From NCBI GenBank assembly GCA_012841305.1, contig DUVA01000048.1, positions 1 through 55,671 on the forward strand: a DNA stretch of 55,671 bases. Direction: 5' to 3'. The notes beneath the pieces were generated by a model that worked only from the letters and a program-made list of their open reading frames with translations, had not been told where the DNA came from and made no database searches. The position numbers and the translations under genes were made by a program. Of this stretch, positions 28,425-37,984 are shown piece by piece. Numbering within the stretch: position 1 is the stretch's first letter; every line of letters begins with the position of its first letter. Origin of the DNA: Bacillota bacterium (lineage in GTDB: Bacteria > Bacillota > SHA-98 > UBA4971).

Positions 28425-30998
28425 ATGGATGTATCGAGATTTATCGAAAGGCTGATGTTGGAACCTGGGTACCGGGATCAAATAGTCCATATCCAGGACA
28501 TTCCTGAACGGGAAGCAAGATACGGAGAGCTTATGTCCCCTCTCCCGCCCAGAGTTGCGAAAGTCCTTGAAGACACAGGTATAGAGCGGTTCTACACTCA
28601 CCAGGTTCAAGCTATCGACGCTATCAGAGGTGGACAAGATGTCGCAATCGTGACATCAACTGCCAGCGGTAAAACCCTCTGCTATAATGTGCCTGTCCTG
28701 GAGCGGTTGGTCACGAACCCAAATGCCAAAGCGCTTTATCTTTTTCCCACTAAGGCCTTAGCCCAGGATCAACTAAGAGGACTTGTCCGTTACGTGGAAC
28801 TGGATCCTTCACTTCCTATGATCCCAGGCACGTATGATGGTGATACGCCTCCTAACGCCAGGCGCAAACTAAGGGATGAAGGTAATATCATTTTGACTAA
28901 CCCGGACATGCTTCATCAGGGGATTCTCCCGAGACATCCTTCATGGGGACGGTTTTTCGCGAATCTGGCTTATGTGGTTATTGATGAGATGCACACCTAT
29001 AGGGGTGTTTTCGGTTCAAATGTAGCTTGTGTAATCAGGCGGCTCAGCCGGATTTGTGAGCACTACGGCGGAAGGCCACAATTTGTGTGCTGCTCAGCTA
29101 CTATTGCAAATCCGAAGGAGCTTGCTGAGAAGCTGATAGACAGGCCTGTAACCCTTATTGATGATGACGGAGCGCCCCGCGGGCCCAAGAAGTTCGTGTT
29201 CTGGAACCCTCCTTTCATTGACGCCACCCGTACAGAGAGGAGGGGCTCGAGCTTTGAGGCAGAGCAACTCCTTACGAAGCTGATTCAAGACAGGGTTCAG
29301 ACTATCACTTTTGTGAAAGCGCGGGTAGTGGCTGAACTTATTTACAGGTTTACGCAGGAGCGACTGCAGAAAATCAGCCCGTCACTGGCAAACTCTATAA
29401 AACCTTATAGAGGCGGTTATCTTCCTGAAGAAAGGCGTGATATCGAAAAACGGCTATTCTCCGGTGAACTCCTTGGAGTGACCTCCACAAATGCCCTGGA
29501 GCTGGGTATAGATATAGGAAGCCTGGATGCTGCAATACTTACCGGCTACCCCGGAAACGTGGCCAGCACATGGCAACAAGCAGGACGCGCAGGGCGCGGC
29601 AGGGATGAAGCCTTAGTGATTTTGGTAGGGCAGAGTACACCGATAGACCAATATCTCATGAATCATCCTGAATACTTCTTCGAGCGGACCACTGAGAGTG
29701 CAGTAATTGATCCTCTAAATCCATATGTCCTTGCAAAACACTTGAGGTGCGCTGCGTTTGAGCTCCCCATCACCGTGAATGACTTGGCAAGATTCGGTGA
29801 CTACATGCCTGCTATCCTCGAAATTTTCCAGGAGCGGAAGGAGATCGTTCGTCGAGGGAATCGGTGGTTCTGGACGAGTTCAGGCTATCCCTCAGTAGGT
29901 GTGAAGCTGCGTAGCATGTCTGATAACACCTATACCATTATTGACACTACTACGTCGCCTGCAGGATACGAGGAGGGTCAAGGAGGCTCAGCCAAGAATC
30001 GCGTTATCGGTACCATGGACGAACTGTCAGCCTTTGAACAGATCCACCCGGAAGCGATTTACCTCCACGACGGCGAGACATATTTTGTCTCTGACCTCGA
30101 GACAGATAAGAAAGTTGCATATGTCGAGAAGGCGGACGTAGACTATTTCACACAATCGATAACGGAAACCCGGGTGAAAGTTGAGAGCGAAGACGAGAAG
30201 AGGCAATTTCATGAGGCTAATGTAGCCTTTGGAGATGTTACGGTAACATCTCTTGTTTTCATGTTCAAAAAGATTAAGTTCCACAGCCGGGATAGTATAG
30301 GATTTGGAAAGATAACCCTTCCTCCCCAGGTGATGGATACAGCAGCCCTCTGGTTGATCCCTCCCCTTTCTGCCCTTAACTTGGTTAGGAAGTGGGGACG
30401 GGATCCGTCTGAAGGGTTATACGGGATCGGAAACGTAATCACTGAAGTCGTGCCCCTTTATGCAATGTGTGACCCCAGGGATGTAGGAGCAGTGGTGGAT
30501 TCTCTGAACACAGGGTCGCCTACTTTGTTTGTCTACGATCGATATCCGGGGGGCATAGGATTTGCAGAGAGGACATACCGGGTGCTTGAGGATGTGTTGG
30601 AGGCATGCTTGCAACTGGTAATGGCTTGTGAGTGTGAAGACGGTTGCCCGTCTTGCGTAGGAGCGCCTGTGCCTCCTTTCGCCCAGAATGACCCGGATAC
30701 CTCTCCCAGAGGCCGCATCCCTGACAAGGAGGCTGCGCTTATCCTTCTTCACAGCCTCCTGGACAAAGAACCGTACACTCCGAAGCCTGTCAAAATACCG
30801 CATTATCTATCTACATCGGCTGAATGGGACAGTGAATCCGGCGGGTACGATGCCTTGTGCACCAAAGAGCCGGGTTTGCGCGGAGCTTTGGATCCACAGG
30901 GGTCTTTAGATGAGGTTGTTGAGCTTCCCATGAAACGCTTACCCGAAAGCGTTGAGGCGAGGCTCAGGCGTCAACTGGCGCGTCTTTCCAGGCAATGA
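28425..30998 (+). CDS. mrfA: DEAD/DEAH helicase with DUF1998/MZB domain (MrfA/Hrq1 family)
   Basis: TASGKT, PTKALAQDQ, DEMH, SAT, TNALELGIDIG, QQAGRAGR, YDRYPGG.G, CECEDGCPSC. Confidence 0.9.
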   Translation: MDVSRFIERLMLEPGYRDQIVHIQDIPEREARYGELMSPLPPRVAKVLEDTGIERFYTHQVQAIDAIRGGQDVAIVTSTASGKTLCYNVPVLERLVTNPNAKALYLFPTKALAQDQLRGLVRYVELDPSLPMIPGTYDGDTPPNARRKLRDEGNIILTNPDMLHQGILPRHPSWGRFFANLAYVVIDEMHTYRGVFGSNVACVIRRLSRICEHYGGRPQFVCCSATIANPKELAEKLIDRPVTLIDDDGAPRGPKKFVFWNPPFIDATRTERRGSSFEAEQLLTKLIQDRVQTITFVKARVVAELIYRFTQERLQKISPSLANSIKPYRGGYLPEERRDIEKRLFSGELLGVTSTNALELGIDIGSLDAAILTGYPGNVASTWQQAGRAGRGRDEALVILVGQSTPIDQYLMNHPEYFFERTTESAVIDPLNPYVLAKHLRCAAFELPITVNDLARFGDYMPAILEIFQERKEIVRRGNRWFWTSSGYPSVGVKLRSMSDNTYTIIDTTTSPAGYEEGQGGSAKNRVIGTMDELSAFEQIHPEAIYLHDGETYFVSDLETDKKVAYVEKADVDYFTQSITETRVKVESEDEKRQFHEANVAFGDVTVTSLVFMFKKIKFHSRDSIGFGKITLPPQVMDTAALWLIPPLSALNLVRKWGRDPSEGLYGIGNVITEVVPLYAMCDPRDVGAVVDSLNTGSPTLFVYDRYPGGIGFAERTYRVLEDVLEACLQLVMACECEDGCPSCVGAPVPPFAQNDPDTSPRGRIPDKEAALILLHSLLDKEPYTPKPVKIPHYLSTSAEWDSESGGYDALCTKEPGLRGALDPQGSLDEVVELPMKRLPESVEARLRRQLARLSRQ

Positions 30999-31059
30999 TG
31001 CTTGAGTAATGTGGGGCATGTGTTTTTAGAATTCTTCCTTGCCCTATTCTGATTTTTGG

Positions 31060-32220
31060 CTATTCATTCATGTATAGCCTGGGCAATCGTTCAGTCAGCG
31101 AAGACACTATTTCGTTCTGTATTGTCCCGGAAGCGTCTGCAATGTCGCGTGCGCTGATGTACTCTTCCTCGCTCTTGCCGATGATTGTGACTACTTCGCC
31201 GGGTTCCACATGCGGGATGTGGCCAACGTCGATCATGAATTGGTCCATGCAAACTCGCCCGACAATCGGCGCCTTCTTGCCTCTTACCAAGACATATCCT
31301 TTATTTGATAAGGCCCGGGGTAAGCCGTCAGCATATCCTACCGGCACTACTGCCAATACCGTATCTTCCGGCAATGTATAAGTTTGGCCGTAACCTATGG
31401 AGCTGCCGCGGGAGAAGCCCTTTACTTGAACTGTTCGGGCCTTCAATGAAAGAGAGGGGCACAGTGAAATCGTCTCGAAAGCAGTGGGGTAGGGAGGCAA
31501 ACCATATAGTGCCAGCCCGGGCCTGACCATGTCGAAATGTGCTTCGGGATACTTCACTATTCCCGCGCTGTTAGCTGCGTGGACGATTCCTGTATTGACG
31601 CCGAATGAAGCTAATTCCCGAAGCGTCTTCCGGAAATTCTCAAGTTGTAATTGAGAAACCGAATCATCATCTTCGTCTGCACACGCCAAATGAGTGAAGA
31701 TCCCTGAAATGACCAGGCCAGGCAGCTTTTGAAGCTCCATGACGAATTCGACGGTTCTCGGCACATCCATCCCCAGCCTTCCCATGCCTGTATCTACCTT
31801 GATGTGCACATAGGCTGTCTTACCAAGCGAACATGCAGCTTCTGACAGAGCTTTGCCCGTCTGGACAGAGCTGACTGTTTGGGTGAGCCTGTTGTGTATA
31901 ATGTCATGCGCCATTTCAGGTAAGCTACATCCCAGCACGAGAATGGGACATGCTATGTTTGCTTTGCGCAACTCAAGCGCTTCTTGAAGCATGGCGACGC
32001 CTAGCTGCTGAGCTCCGCCTTCCATCGCAGTCTTGGCCGCCTGGATAATGCCATGGCCATAGCCGTTTGCCTTTATCACTGCCATGATTTTTACCCGTGG
32101 TCCAATTAACCCTCTAAGCGCACGTAGGTTATACCTGATAGCCTCAAGGTCCACCTCAAGCCACGCGGCGCGTTTCAGGTCTGCATAGCCGGACTCTACT
32201 CTACCATCCTCTACTTTCAC
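31060..32220 (-). CDS. alr: Alanine racemase
   Basis: AVIKANGYGHG, KVDTGMGRLG, HAANS, VRPGLALYG, GYADG, GRVCMD. Confidence 0.97.
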   Translation of the reverse strand: MKVEDGRVESGYADLKRAAWLEVDLEAIRYNLRALRGLIGPRVKIMAVIKANGYGHGIIQAAKTAMEGGAQQLGVAMLQEALELRKANIACPILVLGCSLPEMAHDIIHNRLTQTVSSVQTGKALSEAACSLGKTAYVHIKVDTGMGRLGMDVPRTVEFVMELQKLPGLVISGIFTHLACADEDDDSVSQLQLENFRKTLRELASFGVNTGIVHAANSAGIVKYPEAHFDMVRPGLALYGLPPYPTAFETISLCPSLSLKARTVQVKGFSRGSSIGYGQTYTLPEDTVLAVVPVGYADGLPRALSNKGYVLVRGKKAPIVGRVCMDQFMIDVGHIPHVEPGEVVTIIGKSEEEYISARDIADASGTIQNEIVSSLTERLPRLYMNE

Positions 32221-32308
32221 AGCGTATGCACTTCCTTCGGTTTATCTAAGGTCAGGTTGCGTGTGGACGTGCCCGGTTTGGGGATACTATCCTGTATGAA
32301 TATTTGAA

Positions 32309-32335
32309 ATTCACCTTATGTTGGGAAAGTCCTGC
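32309..32335 (-). promoter_or_regulatory. SigH-type promoter for alr
   Basis: Minus strand GCAGGACTT-N11-GGTGAAT. Confidence 0.5.
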
Positions 32336-32457
32336 ATAATTTCAGTAGTTTCTGAGTGCACCATTTCTTTTGCCAAAGAAACACCGTTGTTGACACTTTT
32401 GACGGACACATGATATGTTGTCGATAGCAAATCTTGGTCAAATGAGGCGGTTTTCTC

Positions 32458-33660
32458 ATGATATACGACGGTGTCAAACAGGTTATTCTGCTGATCTTGG
32501 ACAGTGTAGGGATTGGCCAAGCGCCTGATGCTCACCTCTACGGGGATGCCGGTAGTGACACTCTGCGCAATACGGCAAAAGCTGTAGGCGGGCTTAGGCT
32601 CCCGTACCTTGCCCGGCTGGGCCTCGGAAACCTGGCAGAGGCATTTGGCGAGCCTATCCTGGGACTGCAGCCGGTTTCCGCGCCTTTGGCAGCTTATGGT
32701 AGGATGGCTCCGAAATCGCCGGGGAAGGACACAACTACCGGCCACTGGGAGATTGCAGGCATTGTTTTGGATAAACCTTTCCCCGTTTACCCACATGGTT
32801 TCCCTCCTGAAGTAATCGAGCCGTTCGAGGAGGCAATCTCCACAAGAATCCTTGGCAACAAGCCTGCTTCAGGCACAGAAATCATCAATGAGCTGGGCGA
32901 AGAACACTCAAGGACAGGTTATCCCATAGTATATACTTCTGCTGACAGTGTCTTTCAAATTGCAGCCCATGAAGATGTAATCCCTGTTCCCAGACTCTAT
33001 GAGATGTGCGATATTGCCAGATCCATCCTTATAGGTGAGCATGGCGTAGGGCGAGTGATTGCCCGTCCTTTCATAGGCGCAAAGGGAGAATTCACAAGAA
33101 CGGAGCGGCGTAAAGACTTTTCCATAAAACCTCCTCGTAAGACTCTTCTGGACTATGTGAAGGAGGCAGGGATGGACGTAATCGGGGTCGGCAAGATTGA
33201 AGACATCTTTGCTTTCCGCGGATTGACCCAGTCAGACCATACAGGCAACAACAAAGACACAGTGGAATCTGTCACCGGATTTGTGAAGGAAGGCGGTAGG
33301 GGACTGATAATCGCTAACCTTATTGACTTCGATATGCTCTATGGCCATAGGAATAATCCACAAGGGTATGCATGTGCTCTGGAGGAAATCGACGAAATGA
33401 TAAGGGATCTCGAAGGGAGCTTGCAGGAAGGGGATGTCGTTGTAGTAACCGCAGATCACGGCTGTGACCCTACCACTCGCGGCACTGATCATTCCAGAGA
33501 GCACGTCCCGGTTCTTGTGTATGGCAGACACATAGAACAGGGAGCCTTTCTCGGGACGCGTAGTTCTTTTGCGGATCTTGGCCTTACAATCGCAGATCTT
33601 CTGGAAATCGAGACAGATCTTGCCGGCACGAGTTTCAAGAGCCGAATCTTAAGAAGGTAA
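32458..33660 (+). CDS. deoB: Phosphopentomutase
   Basis: [54 protein letters not shown]. Confidence 0.97.
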   Translation: MIYDGVKQVILLILDSVGIGQAPDAHLYGDAGSDTLRNTAKAVGGLRLPYLARLGLGNLAEAFGEPILGLQPVSAPLAAYGRMAPKSPGKDTTTGHWEIAGIVLDKPFPVYPHGFPPEVIEPFEEAISTRILGNKPASGTEIINELGEEHSRTGYPIVYTSADSVFQIAAHEDVIPVPRLYEMCDIARSILIGEHGVGRVIARPFIGAKGEFTRTERRKDFSIKPPRKTLLDYVKEAGMDVIGVGKIEDIFAFRGLTQSDHTGNNKDTVESVTGFVKEGGRGLIIANLIDFDMLYGHRNNPQGYACALEEIDEMIRDLEGSLQEGDVVVVTADHGCDPTTRGTDHSREHVPVLVYGRHIEQGAFLGTRSSFADLGLTIADLLEIETDLAGTSFKSRILRR

Positions 33661-33833
33661 GGGCCTTTACGCCCATTTAGAAGATACAGTCCAAAATGCC
33701 TTGAAGACCACACACAAGTCACGCACCAAACTGAAGAGGCCCAACATAGGATAATCACCGAGGGCCTTTTCTTTGGTTCCCGGAAGACAACTGCTTCAGT
33801 AATCAACTATGAAAGCAAAAAGGTGGGCTTCAT

Positions 33834-33986
33834 GTGCTGAGAAGATGTCCTAAATGCGGCAAGGAGGCAGGTAGAGAGTATACCATAGGAATCACCGCGA
33901 GCCGACAAGGCTGGCTCTATACTTATTGGATGGAATGCGAAGCGTGCGGAAACAGATGGCAGGCGGTTCAGATCAAGAAAGTTTAG
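33834..33986 (+). CDS. Small (50 aa) zinc-ribbon protein missed by the ORF track
   Basis: GTG start after AAGGTGG; MLRRCPKCGKEAGREYTIGITASRQGWLYTYWMECEACGNRWQAVQIKKV; followed directly by a terminator. Confidence 0.7.
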   Translation: MLRRCPKCGKEAGREYTIGITASRQGWLYTYWMECEACGNRWQAVQIKKV

Positions 33987-33997
33987 CGGTACATGAG

Positions 33998-34044
33998 AGC
34001 GGGGGATCCAGGGCATTCCTGCTCCCCCGCTATTTCTGTTTTCT
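33998..34044 (+). terminator. Intrinsic terminator after the small zinc-ribbon ORF
   Basis: AGCGGGGGA/TCCCCCGCT stem with T-rich tail. Confidence 0.65.
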
Positions 34045-34123
34045 GCGATAGGAAATGCGGCCGGCATTTTCATGAGGAACCAGGCAGATTGTGCGGCTGA
34101 CATTTCATAAAGAACTAGGGCGC

Positions 34124-34639
34124 CTATTCTGAAAACCGCTCATAACACACGATATCTTCTTGCGGCTTGCGTGTTGTCAGCCCGGGCGCATCCTTAGGAT
34201 AACCCAGAGGCATTAAGGCTACGATTTTATATGAATCCGGGACTCCCACAATCTGCTTTGTTTCCTCTTGCGAAAACGCTCCGATCCAACATGTTCCCAG
34301 GCCTTCCTTTTGAGCTGCCAGAGTAATGTGTGTAAGTGCAATTGCAAGATCTACGGCGTAAGCAGGCACTCCGCAACTCATAACCCGCTCCGGCTCAAGA
34401 GCTACTCCTACTATGACTACAGGCGCTTCACCTACGAATGCTTGGCCCCGGGCTGCCTTGGCCAGCTCTCGCCTTTTCTGCGGATCCTGTACCACGACGA
34501 ATTTCCACGGTTGTCTGTTAGAAGCTGAAGGAGCGAGCCTGGCAGCTTCAAGGATTCTGCCGAGTATCTCCTCTGGGACCTCCTGGCTCTTGTATGCCCT
34601 TACGCTTCTGCGTTTTGCGATTATCTCCATGAGCTCCAC
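34124..34639 (-). CDS. Nitroreductase family protein
   Basis: RRSVRAY, APSASNRQPW, GLGTCWIGAF, PLGYP. Confidence 0.95.
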   Translation of the reverse strand: MELMEIIAKRRSVRAYKSQEVPEEILGRILEAARLAPSASNRQPWKFVVVQDPQKRRELAKAARGQAFVGEAPVVIVGVALEPERVMSCGVPAYAVDLAIALTHITLAAQKEGLGTCWIGAFSQEETKQIVGVPDSYKIVALMPLGYPKDAPGLTTRKPQEDIVCYERFSE

Positions 34640-34859
34640 TAATACGTCACCTCTCCTTTCATCGCTTGCCGCTGCTTCCAGGGTATCAGTCCTTTTGGCA
34701 ACTGCGAATGTTTGTCTTCTTGTATGTAGCTATACACTCTAATAAACTACTACATGCATGTGGGAGATTCCTTGTCATTACAGGAAGTTCTGAGAGTTCC
34801 GCGTATTGAAGGACATGACCACGTGCCGTCGAAGTATCTACTTGAAAGGAGGCAACTCT

Positions 34860-36080
34860 ATGCGTGTACTAATGCTATCGTATGAGTATCCTCCGGAAGT
34901 GGTTGGAGGGTTGGGTGCAGCCGTTTCAGGCCTTGCCCGTGCATTAGTCCATAGAGGTGATCACGTACACGTAGTCAGTGCAAGCTCCACGGGAGATGAA
35001 GCTCCTCAGCTCCTAGATGGCGTCATGGTCTCCAGGTCGGCGCGAACAACATTCGCCGAGAGATTCGATCCCTACGGCAGTGGGGGCGACTCCGATTTCC
35101 TCCGTGTCGCAATGGAAGCGAATTTTGGCCTTGCAAGCAGAGGCTTTGCCGAGGCTACACGCACCGAGCCTTACGACATTATTCACGCCCATGACTGGCA
35201 CAGCGCCTTTTCAGCCAAGTCACTCAAACATGCCTTAAGGATTCCGCTTGTGTTCACTGTTCACTCCACCGAACACGGCAGGAATCGAGGTATTCATTCA
35301 GATCTGCAGCGGTACATCCACGAAATCGAATGGATGGGCACGTATGAAGCTTGGAGGGTCATCTGCTGCAGTAACTACATGTCTGATGAACTAAGACGAA
35401 TCTTCTCGCTACCGGAAGACAAGATTGATGTCATCCCAAACGGAGTGGACCAGGCAGCCATACCTGAGCCGAAGGTTGTTGATGAGATAAGGTCCCAATA
35501 TGCCGGTTCAGGTGAGCGGTTAGTATTCTATGTCGGCCGGCTTGTTTACGAAAAAGGCGTCCATGTGCTCCTTTCTTCTGTTCCAAAGGTCCTGGAAGAA
35601 GCCGCAAATACAAGATTCGTCGTAGCAGGCGACGGTTATTACGCAGGTGTCCTGCGGGAAAAAGCAGAAAAGCTGCGTATTGGCGGATATGTTTCGTTCA
35701 CAGGCCGTATCAGTGACCGGGAACGGGATGCCCTTTATGCTGCAGCTGACGTAGCAGTGTTCCCCAGTCTCTATGAACCTTTCGGCATAGTCGCGTTGGA
35801 GGCGATGGCAAGAGGGACTCCTGTTGTGGTATCCGACACAGGAGGGCTTCGAGAAGTCGTCAGGCATGAGAAAACCGGGCTCAAGGTTTATTCAGGCGAC
35901 GCGGATTCTTTGGCATGGGGGATTAAGCGGGTCCTTTTGGATGAATCCTTGCGGACGAGGCTTAGAGAAAACGGTCCGGCTGAGGTCAGAGAAAGGTTTA
36001 GCTGGGACCGCGTTGCAGACTTGACTTCGTGTGTTTACAGGCGTGTATTAAGCGAGGCAAGGAGTGTGCCGTGGTCATAA
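34860..36080 (+). CDS. GT4 family glycosyltransferase
   Basis: SYEYPP.VVGGLG, HAHDW, HSTE.GR, PSLYEPFGIVALEAMA. Confidence 0.93.
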   Translation: MRVLMLSYEYPPEVVGGLGAAVSGLARALVHRGDHVHVVSASSTGDEAPQLLDGVMVSRSARTTFAERFDPYGSGGDSDFLRVAMEANFGLASRGFAEATRTEPYDIIHAHDWHSAFSAKSLKHALRIPLVFTVHSTEHGRNRGIHSDLQRYIHEIEWMGTYEAWRVICCSNYMSDELRRIFSLPEDKIDVIPNGVDQAAIPEPKVVDEIRSQYAGSGERLVFYVGRLVYEKGVHVLLSSVPKVLEEAANTRFVVAGDGYYAGVLREKAEKLRIGGYVSFTGRISDRERDALYAAADVAVFPSLYEPFGIVALEAMARGTPVVVSDTGGLREVVRHEKTGLKVYSGDADSLAWGIKRVLLDESLRTRLRENGPAEVRERFSWDRVADLTSCVYRRVLSEARSVPWS

Positions 36081-36242
36081 ACCAACTATGACCGGTTCCA
36101 TGCTCTATCATCCGGCATGAAACACTAAGCAGGATATAGCAGGCAAGCAGTGTGCCGGATGTGAAAAGCGAAAGAAATACCGGCGACGAGAGGCTGAATT
36201 TCAGCGTGAAAGGGGGGAGCGGCGTCGCCAATGTGACGTCGC

Positions 36243-37955
36243 GTGATAGACTTGACCCGAGGTTCTTTGGTTTTTGTGTTCCACAGTCACATACCCTATT
36301 GCCGCAAATCGGGCATGTGGCCGTTTGGCGAAGAATGGCTGTATGAAGCTATGCTCGGATCATATATACCCTTTCTGGACGTTCTCCGTTCCATACCTTA
36401 TGGCCAAGGTGAATCAGGCCGATCAGACTCTTCCTCCGAATTGCCTGTCAGTGTCACCATAGGGGTCACGCCCATTCTTTTGGATCAGTTGGATGACGAC
36501 TATATGCGTGAAGGATTCATCAAGTGGACTCAAGCCCGGATAAAGCGTGCTGACGAAGACAGAAAACGCTTCAAACTCACAGGTGATGAGGATTTGGAAT
36601 GCCTGGCAGGCTCATACTTTGACGAATACAGGCAAGCTCTCAGGACGTTTTGTAACGACTATGCAGGCGACATAGTCAGCGCTTTAGCTGAACTCGAGAG
36701 GCGGGGCGTGGTAGAGATTATTACGTCTGCTGCTACCCATGGCTACTTGCCTCTTCTGAATGAAGATACATCTATTCGTGCGCAATTGGCAGTAGGTTGT
36801 GAAACCCATGAGATGAGGTTCGGACGGCCTTCGAGAGGGATCTGGCTCCCTGAGTGTGCCTATCGACCGGGCCTTGAGGAATACCTGGAGGCTTTAGGGC
36901 TTGAGTACTTCTTCGTGGACAGACATGCTATTGAAGGTGGGGCCCCGATCGGTATCTCCAGTGGCGATGAGGCCAGAGAGGTTCGTGCAAACCATGCGGC
37001 ATTCGGCGATGAAAAGAGGGGCACGACCTACATGCCATACCTGGTTAACCGCTCAAATGTAGTATGCATGGGCAGAAATGAACGAGTAACGACGCAGGTA
37101 TGGTCCTCTTGGCTGGGATATCCAGGCGATGGTTTATACAGGGAGTTTCACAGGAAAGACGACGTAACAGGCTTGCAGTACTGGCGCGTTACCGGCAGAG
37201 ACGTGGATCTTGGAAAGAAAGAAGTCTATGACCGGGAAAAGGCAGCCCTTAGGGGCAAGGAGCATGCAGCTCACTTCGTCGGGCTGGTGCACGAGCTCAT
37301 CAATGACTGGAACAAAACCACCGGTGAGCACGCTCTGATCGTGGCGCCATATGATATGGAACTCTTCGGCCATTGGTGGTATGAAGGCGTCCTCTGGCTC
37401 TCTGAAACCTTAAGAGAGTTCTTGGGCAGCTCTACTGTGGGTATCTCTTCTGCAGGCGAACTCCTTGATCATCATCCTCCTTCTGAGACCATTAAGCTGC
37501 CTGAATCCTCATGGGGGAGAGGCGGGAGGCATGAGGTCTGGCTAAATGATGAGACAGCATGGATGTGGGATATGATTCATGCTGCAGAAGCCCGGATCAA
37601 GCGGCTTGCTGCGCTCAGCCCTGGAACAGAAGATACTGATCTCCTTGACCTCCTCAAAACCCAGGCGCTGAGGGAGTTTCTCCTTTTAACGTCCAGCGAT
37701 TGGCCGTTCCTCGTCACAGAGAGGCAAGCAGAGGATTATGGGGCGAGGCGATTCCGGGAGCATGCAGAGAGGTTCGACAGGCTGATGGATTATGCAGAAG
37801 CAATTCTGGACGGAGAGGAGTCTAAAGTGTCAGAGGAAGAAATCATCGGCTACCTCTCCTATGTGAGTGAACTTGATAATCCCTTCCCTGGCCTTAGGTT
37901 CTCCGTCCTTGGCAGGCAGGATCATGAGAACCGGGAGAAGGAGGACAATGAGTAA
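36243..37955 (+). CDS. GH57 1,4-alpha-glucan branching enzyme (DUF1957)
   Basis: [52 protein letters not shown]. Confidence 0.93.
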   Translation: MIDLTRGSLVFVFHSHIPYCRKSGMWPFGEEWLYEAMLGSYIPFLDVLRSIPYGQGESGRSDSSSELPVSVTIGVTPILLDQLDDDYMREGFIKWTQARIKRADEDRKRFKLTGDEDLECLAGSYFDEYRQALRTFCNDYAGDIVSALAELERRGVVEIITSAATHGYLPLLNEDTSIRAQLAVGCETHEMRFGRPSRGIWLPECAYRPGLEEYLEALGLEYFFVDRHAIEGGAPIGISSGDEAREVRANHAAFGDEKRGTTYMPYLVNRSNVVCMGRNERVTTQVWSSWLGYPGDGLYREFHRKDDVTGLQYWRVTGRDVDLGKKEVYDREKAALRGKEHAAHFVGLVHELINDWNKTTGEHALIVAPYDMELFGHWWYEGVLWLSETLREFLGSSTVGISSAGELLDHHPPSETIKLPESSWGRGGRHEVWLNDETAWMWDMIHAAEARIKRLAALSPGTEDTDLLDLLKTQALREFLLLTSSDWPFLVTERQAEDYGARRFREHAERFDRLMDYAEAILDGEESKVSEEEIIGYLSYVSELDNPFPGLRFSVLGRQDHENREKEDNE

Positions 37956-37984
37956 GGCTGACACGAGCGAAAGGGGGCGTCTTT

